Positions 63,273 to 64,000 of a DNA stretch of 64,000 nt are shown here, piece by piece. The notes under the pieces were generated by a model. That model was not told where the DNA came from. It did no database searches and saw only the letters and a list, made by a program, of their open reading frames with translations. The stretch is from Nemertoderma westbladi. Its lineage: Eukaryota; Animalia; Xenacoelomorpha. The DNA is taken from assembly GCA_032718475.1 (NCBI GenBank), contig JAUCBJ010008130.1, positions 1 to 64,000 of the forward strand. The letters run 5' to 3'. Every line of letters begins with the position of its first letter. Position 1 is the first letter of the stretch. The position numbers and the translations under genes are program-made.

Positions 63273-64000
63273 TGTTCCCGACTATAGTCAGTATTTCATC
63301 GTACAGTATGGCCCAAAATTCTTATCACCTGTTATTGCCGTAGAAATTCCATTTTATTGAGAGAGAATGTCATGACGTCATAACATGACGTCACAAAAGT
63401 AAAAGTATAGTGTATCTTGCATGAAGGCTTGCTCGCCTCATGTTCACGAGAGAATTATCATATCCTATAATGAGTGAGTGAATATTAGAACCATTTAAAG
63501 TGAAAGGACACATTGAGTGAGAGGCAACAATGGAAGTGTAAGGCATCCTCTGGGATTTACCCTCACCTGTGTATATTGGTGTATAACGTATTATATTTTG
63601 GCCCCATTTTCTATGGCCTATTGTTGTTTGGTAAACCAATCCCAGATGGCTTTCCTTCCATTCATATATGACAAGAGCAGGATGATATTAGATTCATTCT
63701 GTCGATATAACTTTGTAGAAACGTTACATAGTTTTCACCGTTCGTTCGTACTTTCGTTCTTTCGTTCGTTCTGACCTATTGGTCACTGAACTTAACTATT
63801 ATTGTTCTAATTGAACTGAACGTACAGTGCATTTGTACTGTACGTGTTATAAGTCATTTGTTGAAGGAAGGAAGCGTCATCATGTGATTGTGCACTGGTG
63901 CCGTTTATACATATTGAACATTAAAGTAACTAGGACTTGAACTGAGTTTTCTAGACGAATGAGACGGACGCGTAGAAACGACGTTCTTAGAGGGAAAGAA
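63273..64000 (+). repeat. Probable 3' LTR of the second BEL element (runs off the window)
   Basis: PPT ggggggag at 63263-63270 followed by TGT. No matching copy is seen upstream of 54271. Confidence 0.55.

Overview
AT-rich eukaryotic (animal, probably invertebrate) DNA made mostly of nested transposable elements. One host gene is recognisable on the minus strand. It has three phase-1 exons: a LamG/pentraxin-like domain, a tectonin beta-propeller, and a Thr-rich mucin stalk with a hydrophobic C-terminus. Its 15-kb intron holds an intact CRE-clade RT/RLE retrotransposon, an 8.2-kb 29-bp satellite, and a decayed second CRE element from which the satellite appears to have arisen. Downstream are SINE, RTE, CR1/L2, Kolobok-like, piggyBac-like and Merlin elements and two BEL/Pao LTR retrotransposons. 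The most unusual object is the 14.5-kb BEL/Pao element at 36231-50717 (5-bp TSD TATGT). (1) In the env position it carries a second gene that, once a nested RTE insertion is removed, encodes a DEDDy (WRN/Mut-7/EXD-like) 3'-5' exonuclease domain followed by zinc knuckles. (2) Its 1.5-kb LTRs contain arrays of structured RNA motifs with covarying stems. (3) It has no evident tRNA primer-binding site, but has a 12-nt sequence complementary to its own LTR, suggesting Tf1-like self-priming. All family calls come from motif recognition by eye; no searches were run.
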